A stretch of 64,000 bases of DNA from an uncultured Desulfosarcina sp. (lineage in GTDB: Bacteria > Desulfobacterota > Desulfobacteria > Desulfobacterales > Desulfosarcinaceae). The stretch is from the NCBI GenBank assembly GCA_963674765.1, contig OY771548.1:6094006-6158005 (forward strand), written 5' to 3'. A model generated the notes under the pieces. The model searched no databases. It was not told the origin of the DNA and saw nothing but the letters and a program-made list of their open reading frames with translations. Below are positions 42,320 to 52,823 of this stretch, piece after piece (position 1 is the first letter of the stretch; the number at the start of each line of letters is the position of its first letter). A program made the translations under genes and the position numbers.

Positions 42320-44101
42320 TTAATCGATTTTCTCCATGGGCAGATGGATGGTGACGCGGGTTCCCTGTCCGGCCCGTCCCTTGAAAACAACCTGTCCGCC
42401 CAAAGGATAGAGGCGCTCGCGGATGCCGAGCAGCCCGAAAGCGTGCGGTGAATTGATCTCATCCTCGGTGATGCCGCGGCCGTTGTCCTCAACCTGTAAT
42501 CGAAGTTCACCGTCCTGCTTTTCCAGGCGAACGATCACGTCCTTGGCCTCGGCATGACGGATGATATTGGTCAACAGTTCCTGGAAGATTCGAAACAGGG
42601 CCGTGGCCTGGTTTTTGGTCAGTTCCGGTTCGTAGCCGTCGTTAACCAAACGGCATTTGATTCCAGTGCGATTGCGGAACGTGTCGGCCTGCCATTCGAT
42701 AGCTGCGGCCAATCCAAAATCGTCCAGAATCCCCGGTCGCAATTCAGCAGTGACAGCGTGCAGGGTTTCCATGGCTTCACCAATCGCCTGAAACATGGCT
42801 GCCAGTTTCTCCTCCACGGAGGTGTCGACCGTCGGCAGATGTTTTCTCATCCAGGCAAGATCCATTTTCAAGATGGTCAACGACTGCCCCAACTGGTCGT
42901 GGATCTCGCGGGCGATGCGGATGCGATCCTGTTCACGCACATCGTTCTGGTAGGCGCTCAATCGGCGAAGTTGCTCGCGGGACTGCTTTAAGGAAGCCTT
43001 GGCCTGTTCCTCGCGTTCGATTCGCATCTGTAAGGTCTGGGCCATTTCGTCGAATACCCCGGCAAGATGATTGATTTCGTCGCGCATGCCGATCCGGCCA
43101 ATGCGCGCCCGAAAGTCACCGGCCGTCAGTTGGCGGCTGGCATGGACGATGGCACCGATCCGGCGAAGGATGAATTTTTCCGCGGTCCACCAGATGGCCA
43201 TAACGGCCATGAGCGCCGAAACAATCAGAAGAATCAGATTGCGGACAAAGATGCGATTGGATGTCGCCAGAGCAACCGACTGGGGAATCTTCAAGACGAC
43301 ATAGACCCTGCCTTGTTGAAAGGTACTCTCCAACCGGGCGAAGGCATAAATCCACGTCTTTTTGTTCTTATCGTCGGCGGTGAGCACTCCCGATGGTTGA
43401 CTCTCGATCCGCTTTTGCAATGCCGGATCGATCGGTTGGGAAGCGGCCCAGCGGGCTTTGTCCACTTCATAACGCAACATGACCTGATTTTCGTTGGCAA
43501 GGATCAGCCGGGAACCTGCCGGCAGTTCGTCCAGTTGATCGAGAAAACCGCGATTCATCCAGTTCAGGTCCAAGGCGGCAAAAACCACGGCCACGGCATC
43601 CCCGCTGCTGCTAAAAATAGACCGTGCAAAATAAATCACCGGCTCGCCATCGATGCGTTCGCCGCTGTAGGACCCCATCACCAAACCCTGTCGTTTTAGG
43701 CTCGAAGAAAGCCATTTTCGGCCTGCATAATCGCTCTCCATCCGGTCGGGGTGACTTCCGGCAATCAGGCTGCCGGCAGAGTTGACAATGCCGAAGGCCT
43801 TGTACCCGTCGGCAGAATTCTTCAGGTGGGATAGAAATGGCGCGAGTCGTTCGGCTTCCCCATTCACGGCGGTAAAAGTCTCGGCCACGGCAGCCGTCAA
43901 ATCGCGGATAGCCTGAATTTGCAGGCTTTCCGTCTCGGCCGCCATCTGAGCCATCAGCTTGGTTTTATGCAGGATGGCATCTTTTTCAATTGTTTTCTGC
44001 TCTTCAGTAACATAGAAAATGATCATCGTCACCGGGATGAAGGCTAATAAGACCAGCGGGTATAATCGTGTTTTCAGACTGACACCGGCAAATTGTTTCA
44101 T
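42320..44101 (-). CDS. Sensor kinase, Cache-HAMP-HisKA_3-HATPase
   Basis: RIAREIHDQLGQ, DNGRG, FGLLGIRER; start chosen at MKQFAG. Confidence 0.9.
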   Translation of the reverse strand: MKQFAGVSLKTRLYPLVLLAFIPVTMIIFYVTEEQKTIEKDAILHKTKLMAQMAAETESLQIQAIRDLTAAVAETFTAVNGEAERLAPFLSHLKNSADGYKAFGIVNSAGSLIAGSHPDRMESDYAGRKWLSSSLKRQGLVMGSYSGERIDGEPVIYFARSIFSSSGDAVAVVFAALDLNWMNRGFLDQLDELPAGSRLILANENQVMLRYEVDKARWAASQPIDPALQKRIESQPSGVLTADDKNKKTWIYAFARLESTFQQGRVYVVLKIPQSVALATSNRIFVRNLILLIVSALMAVMAIWWTAEKFILRRIGAIVHASRQLTAGDFRARIGRIGMRDEINHLAGVFDEMAQTLQMRIEREEQAKASLKQSREQLRRLSAYQNDVREQDRIRIAREIHDQLGQSLTILKMDLAWMRKHLPTVDTSVEEKLAAMFQAIGEAMETLHAVTAELRPGILDDFGLAAAIEWQADTFRNRTGIKCRLVNDGYEPELTKNQATALFRIFQELLTNIIRHAEAKDVIVRLEKQDGELRLQVEDNGRGITEDEINSPHAFGLLGIRERLYPLGGQVVFKGRAGQGTRVTIHLPMEKID

Positions 44102-44388
44102 GACATCCCTGTTTTGTGACTGTGGCGGCGGGCAGGCGATCCTGTTTCGATTTCGTTTCTTTTTATACAGCCAAATCAACCCCTGTTGCAACTGCTCTAT
44201 CTTGATGTCAGGCCATAGCCCTCGTCGACGCCATGGGTCGTCGGCAGGGTACTCCTTGTAATGAGCATTTTTATCTACTGCCACATACTCATTACCGGAA
44301 ACACGAGGATAATAAATAAGGGTAATTGCATCAGTAAGCGGCGTTGATGAAAGCAAGCTGGCAACATGGATCAGTCGGATAGCAGGGA

Positions 44389-44565
44389 TTGGATGGCATC
44401 GGTGTAGATGCCCAGGTACCACTGGTCGACTTCGTCTGGATGGATGCCCGCTAATAGAGCAAAATTACCCGTGATCATGAGCCGCTGGATATGGTGGGCA
44501 TAGGCATGCGCGAGGGATTGGGATATGACTTTTTGCAGGCAGGTCATGCGGGTGTCGGTGGTCCA
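44389..44565 (-). pseudogene. FeS-BCP (PhrB/CryB-type) photolyase, internal C-terminal fragment
   Basis: Manual translation WTTDTRMTCLQ...YAHHIQRLMITGNFALLAGIHPDEVDQWYLGIYTDA. Confidence 0.88.
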
Positions 44566-44749
44566 GTTATCTAGAATAACACAGACAAGGAGGTATCCCC
44601 ATGGCTAATTGTTGTGATATGAAAGAAGGCAATCTGACCACATCCCCCTCCTTCCTGAACCGCTCCACCCAAGGAAACCAAGCCCATATCAAGCGGATCC
44701 GTTATTCCCAGCTCTTTTCCTTTGTAAACCGTTTCGTTTCTCTCATTCA

Positions 44750-44960
44750 TTTTTTTAGGGTTTCCACGATCCAGCGCACTTCTGACTGTTTTGGCCAAGT
44801 CCTTCAAAGCGATTGGTTTCATCAATACATGGCTGATACCTTCCTCGGAAAGATCTTCGGAAATCAGTTTTTCACTAAATCCGGTACTCAAAATAATCGG
44901 AATATCCGAACGAATTCATCATCCACCAACAGTATGGTTTCATATCCGGTTTCAAGTGGG
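44750..44960 (-). pseudogene. Receiver-domain relic with an internal deletion
   Basis: ETILLVDDE joined directly to RSDIPIILSTGFSE...MKPI...VRSALD. Confidence 0.75.
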
Positions 44961-44964
44961 GTGG

Positions 44965-45298
44965 AGGGCTCGGCAATGGTGGTGGAAAACCCCACTATGA
45001 AGGCAAAGAGATACACCCACCCGTAAGCCGTCCAGGAGACCGCGCTGCCGCCGCCCGTATTTTCGGTGAGCATCCTGGCCATGCTTCGTCCGACGGGGAA
45101 AAGCGCCAGATCGAGGCCGCCCAGAAAACAAGCCATTCCAACGAGAACTATAAAAAAACCGAAAACAATGCGTCTGGGCCGGGGGATTGGCTGGCGAAGC
45201 ACGACTATCTGAAAAAAGATCAGTAGCGCCAGCACCGGGACCAGGTCTTTGGCGGTGGCAAGAAGCAGTCGAACCGGATTGAAAAGCATTTCCATGGT
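44965..45298 (-). pseudogene. DUF1538 membrane protein, 5' fragment
   Basis: DLVPVLALLIFFQ, LFPVG, GFSTTIAEP, then truncated. Confidence 0.8.
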
Positions 45299-45382
45299 GT
45301 TGTCATCTCCCGATGTGACGGGTGGCATTTCCGAATGACGCTTTTTGCGCCTTCATCCGGGGACCGCCTTCGATCCATTCCG

Positions 45383-45625
45383 TCAGTGCATGACCAGGTC
45401 ATAAACCATGACAAAAATCATTGGCGTGAGCGACGCCAAGGCGATGAGGCCGAATCCGTCCGTCAACGGGTCCCGACCCCGTATGGTGCGGGCGAGTCCC
45501 ACGCCCAAAGCGGTCACAAGAGGCACGGTCACCGTCGAGGTCGTCACCCCACCGAGATCGTAGGCCAGCCCGATGATCTCTTTCGGAGCGAACAGAGTCA
45601 TCAGCATCACCAGGCCGTAACCCCC
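45383..45625 (-). pseudogene. DUF1538 membrane protein, 3' fragment
   Basis: [17 protein letters not shown]...[11 protein letters not shown]. Confidence 0.8.
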
Positions 45626-45971
45626 TAAACGGACATCGGCATGTTGATACTACGTCCTTATGGTGGTGCATCGGATTCCAATGCCGGCGCTGAGGCGACG
45701 GCCGTAAACATAGGCGCTTAAACGGGCCGAGTATGCAGGAATCGACATAAGCGTTCATTGTGAATTTTGGGCATAACAGTTTGGTAGGAAAATACAAGAT
45801 GCCGGGAAACGGTATTCAATTCAAACTGAATCGGACCGAAAGGCCTATACATGCTGGCGATTCCATAAAAATGACCCCAGCCGATTCCTGTGCCCTTGCC
45901 ACGGATCCAAAAATCTGGAAATATGAGATATGTTCGGCAGCATAGGATCATTAATTATGGGAATCAAAAGC

Positions 45972-48734
45972 ATGACGGACAAAGAGACCGCTGGTAGCAT
46001 GAAACGCACGCGGGGAATTACAGAACCCCTGCAAACCAAGATCGATCTCATCGGCCGTCTCGTTCGGCAGGTGGTCGGTCAACAGGCCGGTACCGAAACC
46101 GCGCGATTGATCGAGGATCTGATGGATCTTTGCGAGGCCGCTAACCACTCAAATCAGTGGTGGTCCCACATCGATCTGCAGACGCGTATCGAGGCCCTGG
46201 AACTGGATCAGCTGGTTTGGATCTGTCGCACCTTTACCGCCTTTTTCCACTTGGTCAACGAAGCCGAACGGCAGGAGATCATCCGCATCAATCGCCTGGC
46301 GGCGCGAAAGGAGACGCCGGAATGCCCGCGCAAGGGATCGATTCTCGAAGCAATCCATCGCCTCAAGCAGAAGGGGATATCCGACGAGGAGATGCAACTC
46401 CTTGTCGACGAACTGGACATCGAACCGACCCTTACCGCACACCCCACCGAGGTTCGCCGCGGGACCATTTTGTTCAAGCAAAACCGCATTGCCGAGCTGC
46501 TGTCGCGTCTGCCCCAGGATCGTTTGCTTTCCCAGCGAGTCAAGGTTCGCACCATCGACCAAATCGCCCATGAAGTGGCCTTGCTATTGGCGACGGACGA
46601 CGTACGTCCGGATCGTCTGCGTGTGCAGGATGAGGTGAATAACGGCATCTACTATCAGACCCATGCCATTTGGGAGACCCTGCCACGCATCATCGATGAT
46701 CTGAGCGAGGCGCTGAGCACCTATTTCAACATCAACGATTCCCCGCCTTTCTTGCGCTTTCGCTCCTGGATCGGCGGCGACCGGGACGGCAACCCCTTTG
46801 TGACCCACGATATCACGAACCAAACGCTGGAGGCCCACCGAAATGCAGCGCTGAACAGCTACCGGAAATCCATCGAAGCATTATGGCAGGAGTTGAGTAT
46901 CTCATCACAGCGGGTGGCTGTGCCCCATGACCTGATGAAAGATATTCAGCGCGAGGCCGAGATGATCGCGCTGCATCCGGACGAACGGCATCGGTACCGT
47001 TTCGAGCCCTTTCGGCTTAAAATCGCCTATATGCTGGAACGCCTCAAACAATTCCAGGCGGATCCGGCCAAGGGCATGTATAGTATATCCCAATTTCAGG
47101 ACGATTTGACCCTTCTGAAAAACAGCCTGACCGACTGCGGTCTTGGAGCGCTTTCCGCCTGCAAGCGCCTTACCCATCTGATCCTGCGCAGCCGGTCGTT
47201 CGGTTTTCATTTGGCCGCGCTGGACATTCGGCAGCACAGCCAGGTAAATGAGGCCGTGATCGCGGAGCTTTTAAAGCGATCCGGTGTCAGCAAAAACTAC
47301 GCGACCCTTCGGGAGTCGGAAAAAGTCTCTCTCATAGAAAAAGAGCTGGCCAATCCGAGACCGCTTTGTGGGGTTCGGGAAGACTTCTCGGATCTAACCA
47401 TCGAAATGCTGGATGTGTTCAAGTTGATGAGACGTGTGATGCACAAGGATGAGCAGGCCATCGGTGCTTACATCGTCAGCATGACCCATTCGGTGAGTGA
47501 CTTGCTGGAAGTGCTGCTACTGGCCAAAGAGGTCGGGCTGTGGCGTATGAAGAACGATGTCGTCACCACACCGCTGGATGTGGTGCCTCTTTTTGAAACC
47601 ATCGAAGATCTGGAAGGGGCTGCATCGCTGATGGAGGCCCTATATAAAAATGCATGCTACCGGCGTCATCTCAAAGCGCGCGACGATTTCCAGGAGATCA
47701 TGCTGGGGTACTCGGACAGTAACAAAGACGGCGGCTTCTGGATGGCCAACTGGGCACTGCACAAAAGCCAGGAAGATCTGTCGGAAGTCAGCCTGCAAAA
47801 CAACATCCGGATGCGCTTCTTCCATGGCCGGGGAGGCAGTGTGGGACGCGGCGGTGGCCGCGCCAATCAGGCCATTTTCGCCATCCCCGCCCAGAGCCGC
47901 AGTGGCCGCATGCGGTTTACCGAACAGGGCGAAGTGATCTCCTTTCGCTATGCCCGGTCTTCTATCGCCCGTCGGCACCTGGAGCAGATCGTCAATGCCG
48001 TGCTGTTGACCGCCCATGACAAAGAATGCGACGTGGGATGCAGTCCGCCCATGCAGGCCCTTATGGAACGCATCGCCACCCGGTCGATGCAGGCCTACCG
48101 CAAGCTCATCGACGATCCAGCGTTTTGGCCGTGGTACAAGCAGTCCACGCCCATCGAGCACATCGGCAACCTGCCCATCGCCTCTCGACCGGTCTCCAGA
48201 GTCTCGGCCGGCGAGTTGCAATTCGACGACCTGCGGGCCATTCCCTGGGTCTTCTCCTGGACCCAGACCCGCTATAACCTGCCGGGCTGGTATGGCGCCG
48301 GCACGGCCATTGAAGAAGAAATCAAACATGATTTAAAGACGTTGGAGCAATTGCAAGCGATGTGGCAACGCTGGCCATTCTTCCGCACGGTGATAGAAAA
48401 CGTGCAGCTGGAACTGGCCCGCACCCGCTTGGAGATCGCCCAAGCCTATAGCGGATTCGCGCAGAATCCTTTCCACGACATCATCGCCGCGGAGTTTGAA
48501 AAGATCCGATCAGCCGTGTTGAAGATTACCGGCCAGGAGAGGCTGCTGGACAACCACACGGCCATTCAGCAATCCATCGTTTTGCGCAACCCCTACACCG
48601 ACGTACTCAACCTTATCCAAGTCGAACTGCTCAAGCGCTGGGCCGCAGGCTCCGAAGAACAGTCGACCCCCCTGCGCCAAGCCCTGTTTCTCAGCATCAA
48701 CGGCATTGCGGCGGCCATGCAGAGTACAGGGTGA
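45972..48734 (+). CDS. ppc: Phosphoenolpyruvate carboxylase (bacterial type)
   Basis: LTAHPTE, WIGGDRDGNP, QEIMLGYSDSNKD, FHGRGGSVGRGGG, LRAIPW, terminal STG. Confidence 0.96.
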   Translation: MTDKETAGSMKRTRGITEPLQTKIDLIGRLVRQVVGQQAGTETARLIEDLMDLCEAANHSNQWWSHIDLQTRIEALELDQLVWICRTFTAFFHLVNEAERQEIIRINRLAARKETPECPRKGSILEAIHRLKQKGISDEEMQLLVDELDIEPTLTAHPTEVRRGTILFKQNRIAELLSRLPQDRLLSQRVKVRTIDQIAHEVALLLATDDVRPDRLRVQDEVNNGIYYQTHAIWETLPRIIDDLSEALSTYFNINDSPPFLRFRSWIGGDRDGNPFVTHDITNQTLEAHRNAALNSYRKSIEALWQELSISSQRVAVPHDLMKDIQREAEMIALHPDERHRYRFEPFRLKIAYMLERLKQFQADPAKGMYSISQFQDDLTLLKNSLTDCGLGALSACKRLTHLILRSRSFGFHLAALDIRQHSQVNEAVIAELLKRSGVSKNYATLRESEKVSLIEKELANPRPLCGVREDFSDLTIEMLDVFKLMRRVMHKDEQAIGAYIVSMTHSVSDLLEVLLLAKEVGLWRMKNDVVTTPLDVVPLFETIEDLEGAASLMEALYKNACYRRHLKARDDFQEIMLGYSDSNKDGGFWMANWALHKSQEDLSEVSLQNNIRMRFFHGRGGSVGRGGGRANQAIFAIPAQSRSGRMRFTEQGEVISFRYARSSIARRHLEQIVNAVLLTAHDKECDVGCSPPMQALMERIATRSMQAYRKLIDDPAFWPWYKQSTPIEHIGNLPIASRPVSRVSAGELQFDDLRAIPWVFSWTQTRYNLPGWYGAGTAIEEEIKHDLKTLEQLQAMWQRWPFFRTVIENVQLELARTRLEIAQAYSGFAQNPFHDIIAAEFEKIRSAVLKITGQERLLDNHTAIQQSIVLRNPYTDVLNLIQVELLKRWAAGSEEQSTPLRQALFLSINGIAAAMQSTG

Positions 48735-48820
48735 TGGATGACCCTTGCTGCACAAGCTTCGGATGGGTATAGCGAAAATGCAAAAATCCAGATTTCACCT
48801 GAATTTCAGAGTGGGTTTTT

Positions 48821-49120
48821 TCAGCGTCCAGGCATCACGTTCCAGATTCTTTTCCACACCCAAGCCAGCCGTCGCCAATCCTGTCTGGTTTTAAATCTTT
48901 GATCGTCGATTGGGTTGGGATGTAAATTGTTCAACCTGTCAACCTTGAATCGGAAAACATAATCGGGTTCCGAGCCCATGCGCAAATCGGTCATGATGAC
49001 ATTCTCGTCCACAGTAGAAAAGGCATAATATCCCCTGGTGAACCATTTCAGTTTGACAACCGGCGGGTGTTTTTCGATTCCTGTCATCAGAGCCAGGTTT
49101 CTGGGATAGAAATCGACGAC
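48821..49120 (-). pseudogene. C-terminal fragment of a YdjM/DUF457-like metal-dependent hydrolase
   Basis: LKWFTRGYY, DLRMGSEPDYVFRF, WKRIW; the N-terminal part is absent. Confidence 0.6.
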
Positions 49121-49470
49121 CAACGGTGTATCTTTTAGGAGTAGAATCATCGTTTGATGGTAGCATAGAAATACCCAAAAGTCAGTAATGGTAGTTATGG
49201 ACTGCCACCAACCAACTAAACGACTATCGTTGTCTTTGTTTTTTGAAGCCTTAATTTATATCCAGAATTTGGAATCATTTGCGGAGTGCGGCCGATGAAA
49301 AAAGAAAAACAGAAATTTCGTCTCCTTAAGGAGGAAGAAAAGATTCGTTAGGTAACGCATTGGGATCTGGATTATCTGTCCAAGGATGAAATCCTGAATC
49401 TCTACAAAGAGGAAGAATCAATAAATTACCCACCTGAAGTAAAGCTGAGTTTACAGACAGGAGGATTACC

Positions 49471-49680
49471 ATGGATAAAATTAATTGTTTGACTGAAAAA
49501 TATTCCAGTCGCGTCATCGGCATGATTATCTTACCGCTGGCCCTGGCGCTCGGGTTTTTAGGATTCCTGATCGTTCCCGTAGTAGGGCTCGTTTTTTCCG
49601 TTCCCCTATTCATTCTTGCATTTACGTTCATTGCGGCACCTGAAAGCAAAGTCTGCCGACTGATACTGAGGAAAGATTAA
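49471..49680 (+). CDS. Small membrane protein (69 aa)
   Basis: SD AGGAGG; two hydrophobic segments. Confidence 0.7.
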   Translation: MDKINCLTEKYSSRVIGMIILPLALALGFLGFLIVPVVGLVFSVPLFILAFTFIAAPESKVCRLILRKD

Positions 49681-49691
49681 AAGAAAGGACC

Positions 49692-49886
49692 ATGCAAATG
49701 AACACTGAAACCAATGAAAACGTACACGTAAAGGTGAAAGATATGGCCGGTAATGAATTTGTCTGCCCCCTGAATGAACTAAGAGATGCCCGCAAAATCA
49801 GTGAGGCCGAATTGGAGAACTGTTTTGAAGGTGATGTGGTTGGCCGCTATGCCGGACTGCTGAACATCGTCGATACGGGAACGTGA
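49692..49886 (+). CDS. Small acidic uncharacterised protein, copy 1
   Basis: SD AAAGGA; paralog at 62055-62243. Confidence 0.8.
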   Translation: MQMNTETNENVHVKVKDMAGNEFVCPLNELRDARKISEAELENCFEGDVVGRYAGLLNIVDTGT

Positions 49887-50860
49887 CCGCTTCCGCAACC
49901 CTCGTTTTGGTCAATCACCGCCCGGAAACCATCCCCCTGGCCCGGCGGCTGATGGCCGTTCACGGCATGATCCTTCTCGAGGAACCGTCCGACAAGCGTT
50001 TCGAGGCTATGCTCGCTGGTGAGGTACCCATTGGCGCCTATCTGGAAGATCAGGAGCTGGAGTATCCAGAATTCAGCCGCCGGATGGCGCGGGTTCTGCG
50101 GGAACGCCGTCAGGCCGGCACCCGTCTGGTGCAGGTCGAACCGTTTATCGACCTGCTGCTATCCATTCACGATCGTTTCGCCAACGGAGAGGGGCCCCAG
50201 GATCTGACTGCGGGTACGGACCTGTATCGGGTGTATCGGGCCGAACACTTGGCTACCAAAGCTTTACTCGACTTTTACGGAGCATCCGGCAGCGACAACT
50301 TCGACACCACGGTCGATACTGTCAAACGCTTTGCCCGGGCCGATGCCCGGCGTTTCGCCCTGCGTGATCAATTGCGGGCCGAGGCAATGGTGGTCCTCCT
50401 CCGGGGGCCGGGCAAAACCTATATCGAGGCCGGTCAAATCCATTATCCCCTTTGGCACGAACTCAGAAAGCGACTACCAGCCGGTTTTCCCCTGCGGGTG
50501 CATTTTCTCATGAGCGATGTGGTGCGCAAACTGGGATACCGTCGCCATCTGTTCGGCCCTGGGGATCTGCTGACCCTCCATTATCGGTTTCATTCCCGGG
50601 GCCGTTTCCCGACCCAGAATCTGTTCGCGGCCCGGGCACTGATCTACAACAAACTGATCCTCAAGGAAGAGATTGCCGCCGATTTGGACACCTATCCCCA
50701 CACCCGCGATGAACTTTTGGTCGGCAGTGTCACCGATCAACTGTCCCTTTACGATTGCCGGCGGCTCTATCCGTTGGTAAGACGGGCATCCACAGCCGAT
50801 TCTCGCGAGATTGTCAAGCGTCATCTGGGGGACAGGTGGCCGGTGGGCCGACCGACCTGA
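49883..50860 (+). CDS. Uncharacterised 325-aa protein, copy B
   Basis: GTGA overlap with the upstream stop; paralog of 10379-11356. Confidence 0.85.
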   Translation: MTASATLVLVNHRPETIPLARRLMAVHGMILLEEPSDKRFEAMLAGEVPIGAYLEDQELEYPEFSRRMARVLRERRQAGTRLVQVEPFIDLLLSIHDRFANGEGPQDLTAGTDLYRVYRAEHLATKALLDFYGASGSDNFDTTVDTVKRFARADARRFALRDQLRAEAMVVLLRGPGKTYIEAGQIHYPLWHELRKRLPAGFPLRVHFLMSDVVRKLGYRRHLFGPGDLLTLHYRFHSRGRFPTQNLFAARALIYNKLILKEEIAADLDTYPHTRDELLVGSVTDQLSLYDCRRLYPLVRRASTADSREIVKRHLGDRWPVGRPT

Positions 50861-50898
50861 CCGGCTTGTATTCGGCGGTACAAATCCGACGATAAACA

Positions 50899-51183
50899 TA
50901 TCTTCCGGAAAATCGCTATAGTCGCTATCTACAAACACCACAATATCCGTGCAAGAAAGGGACTCAATGGCTGCAAGGCATGCGGATCCGTAGCCCCGGC
51001 GGGGTTCGAGTACTACCTTGGCCCCATCCTCACGGGCCAAGTCGGCAGTTCGATCCGTTGATCCGTTTTCCGCAATGATGATCTCGTCAACCCAACGGGG
51101 AATGGCGTTGAGAACCTTTCCAATGGATGGTGCCATCGTTGATGGCGGGAATGATCACTGAGATATGTTGGTGATTTTTGATG
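50899..51183 (-). pseudogene. Glycosyltransferase family 2, 5' fragment
   Basis: ISVIIPAIND, frameshift, then ENGSTD, RGYGSAC, VFVDSD; truncated at about 50900. Confidence 0.8.
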
Positions 51184-51281
51184 GTTACACTCCTTTGGCG
51201 TCCTGCATGGATCGGTGCTGGATTACAATTGATAACATAAAAGGCTTGACATGCAATAATGGAGTTCAAGGAAACCGAAAA

Positions 51282-51824
51282 ATGAACAGATTCATACATC
51301 GTCTTTCAATCATCTTTTCTTTCGCGGCATCCCAATTGCTGCCGGCATCCCAACCACCGCTTGTTCTGGCGATGGACGATGACGCCAAAATGAAAATTGT
51401 CATTGACATGTACGAGGATTATAAGTCCGACTTCAAGACGGTTGCGGACATTGCACCGCTCGCGGCCATGGCGTTGACCGGAAGTGAAAAAGTCGTTTTC
51501 GTGGACGTGCGCAGCCAAGAAGAGATGCGTGTATCCATGTTGCCGGGCGCGGTCTCACAAAAAGAATATCTAACGAATCAAGGGCGCTTTGACAATCACA
51601 CCGTCGTTGTATACTGCACCATCGGATACCGAAGTGGGATTTTTGCGAAAAAAAGAGCTGGAACCATGGATAACAATAACCGTATTTACAACCTGAGAGG
51701 TGGGCTGTTGGCCTGGGTGCTCGAAGGTGGGAAGGTGGTTGATGAAAAGGGGGAATCCCGGAGAATTCACGTTTACGGAAGAAAGTGGAATTATCCGCCC
51801 GAGGGATTTGAAGCGACCTGGTGA
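51282..51824 (+). CDS. Rhodanese-like domain protein
   Basis: VDVR...EE..VSMLPGA, YCTIGYRS, NLRGG. Confidence 0.88.
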   Translation: MNRFIHRLSIIFSFAASQLLPASQPPLVLAMDDDAKMKIVIDMYEDYKSDFKTVADIAPLAAMALTGSEKVVFVDVRSQEEMRVSMLPGAVSQKEYLTNQGRFDNHTVVVYCTIGYRSGIFAKKRAGTMDNNNRIYNLRGGLLAWVLEGGKVVDEKGESRRIHVYGRKWNYPPEGFEATW

Positions 51825-51890
51825 CAGATAACGACCTTTCGATTCATTGATCAATGCAGCCCGCAGAATTCGTTTGTTTTTCAGATTTGT

Positions 51891-52685
51891 TCATCGTGTG
51901 GGATCGTTCAGTGCCCAATCCCATCTTGCGTACTTCAGATTCAGGCGACTGCCCAATTGCTCGATTTGAGCGGCCTGCGCATGTGAAGAATGTTTGAGCA
52001 CAAAGTCAACTTTGTCTTCCTTCCTACCCCAATCCTCGCCGAACCACTTAAAAACCTTGCTAACATAAAGGTCGTCGCCCTCCAGGCGGGTGTGCGCCGG
52101 ATCGGTCATGTTTCGACGTGTTAGCTCGTCCAGGGTGGCGTCCAGAGTCTCGCCTTCAAAGGGTTTGTCGTGCAATGGCGGACAGCCCAAAGAGGCACAG
52201 TTGACGGCAAAATGAACTCGTGGGTCCTTGTAGGTGGGCCGCAGGATTTGGTGCTCCACATGGTCCAGGTGAACCATTTCGCCTTTGAGCGTGATGAACT
52301 CGATTTTCCAGGGATTACCAAAAAAACCACCGATATCCTTAATGGAATCGACACCGGGATAGTTTTCCAAGACAAGATCGATGGTGGCGGCATTATACAA
52401 ATTGACATAGTAGGCGAAGGCTGCATTGCGGCTCAATTCGTCCGGATTGATTCCCGCCAGATGCGCTAAGTATTCTTTTAGTTTCTGGTGTTCCATTTTA
52501 AAGCTCGCGTAATCGACCAGACCGTCGCGGGTATGCTTGGCCAGCAGCTCTGCATATAGGCGGTTATCCACCTTTGAAGCCGCCCATGACGGGGGGACGA
52601 TACTATCAAGCATGGTCGACAGAATGAAAAGAACGGTAAGAATTGGTATTATTTCCAACTTATGGAAAATCGGTAACTGATTCAT
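51891..52685 (-). CDS. DUF547 domain protein (exported)
   Basis: VDY, VNLYNA, DPRVHFAVNCASLGCP, FKWF. Confidence 0.92.
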   Translation of the reverse strand: MNQLPIFHKLEIIPILTVLFILSTMLDSIVPPSWAASKVDNRLYAELLAKHTRDGLVDYASFKMEHQKLKEYLAHLAGINPDELSRNAAFAYYVNLYNAATIDLVLENYPGVDSIKDIGGFFGNPWKIEFITLKGEMVHLDHVEHQILRPTYKDPRVHFAVNCASLGCPPLHDKPFEGETLDATLDELTRRNMTDPAHTRLEGDDLYVSKVFKWFGEDWGRKEDKVDFVLKHSSHAQAAQIEQLGSRLNLKYARWDWALNDPTR

Positions 52686-52823
52686 TATGGTGTGTCTCCC
52701 ATTACAGCGCGTAACATGGCGTTATGCAGATACTGATGAAATTTGGCACATGAGTTTGAATCTAGGATTGGTGCAAATCAGAAAATGTCATGCCCTTAAA
52801 GGTTAGGTATTCCCGTCAACGTT

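Noticed and set aside
44102-44422. 107-aa N-terminal extension of the kinase ORF
   Set aside because: It runs through promoter and relic DNA and overlaps the photolyase fragment; the real start is probably 44101
52744-52760. TGGCAC sigma-54-like promoter
   Set aside because: The -12 element is misplaced by one base and lacks GC
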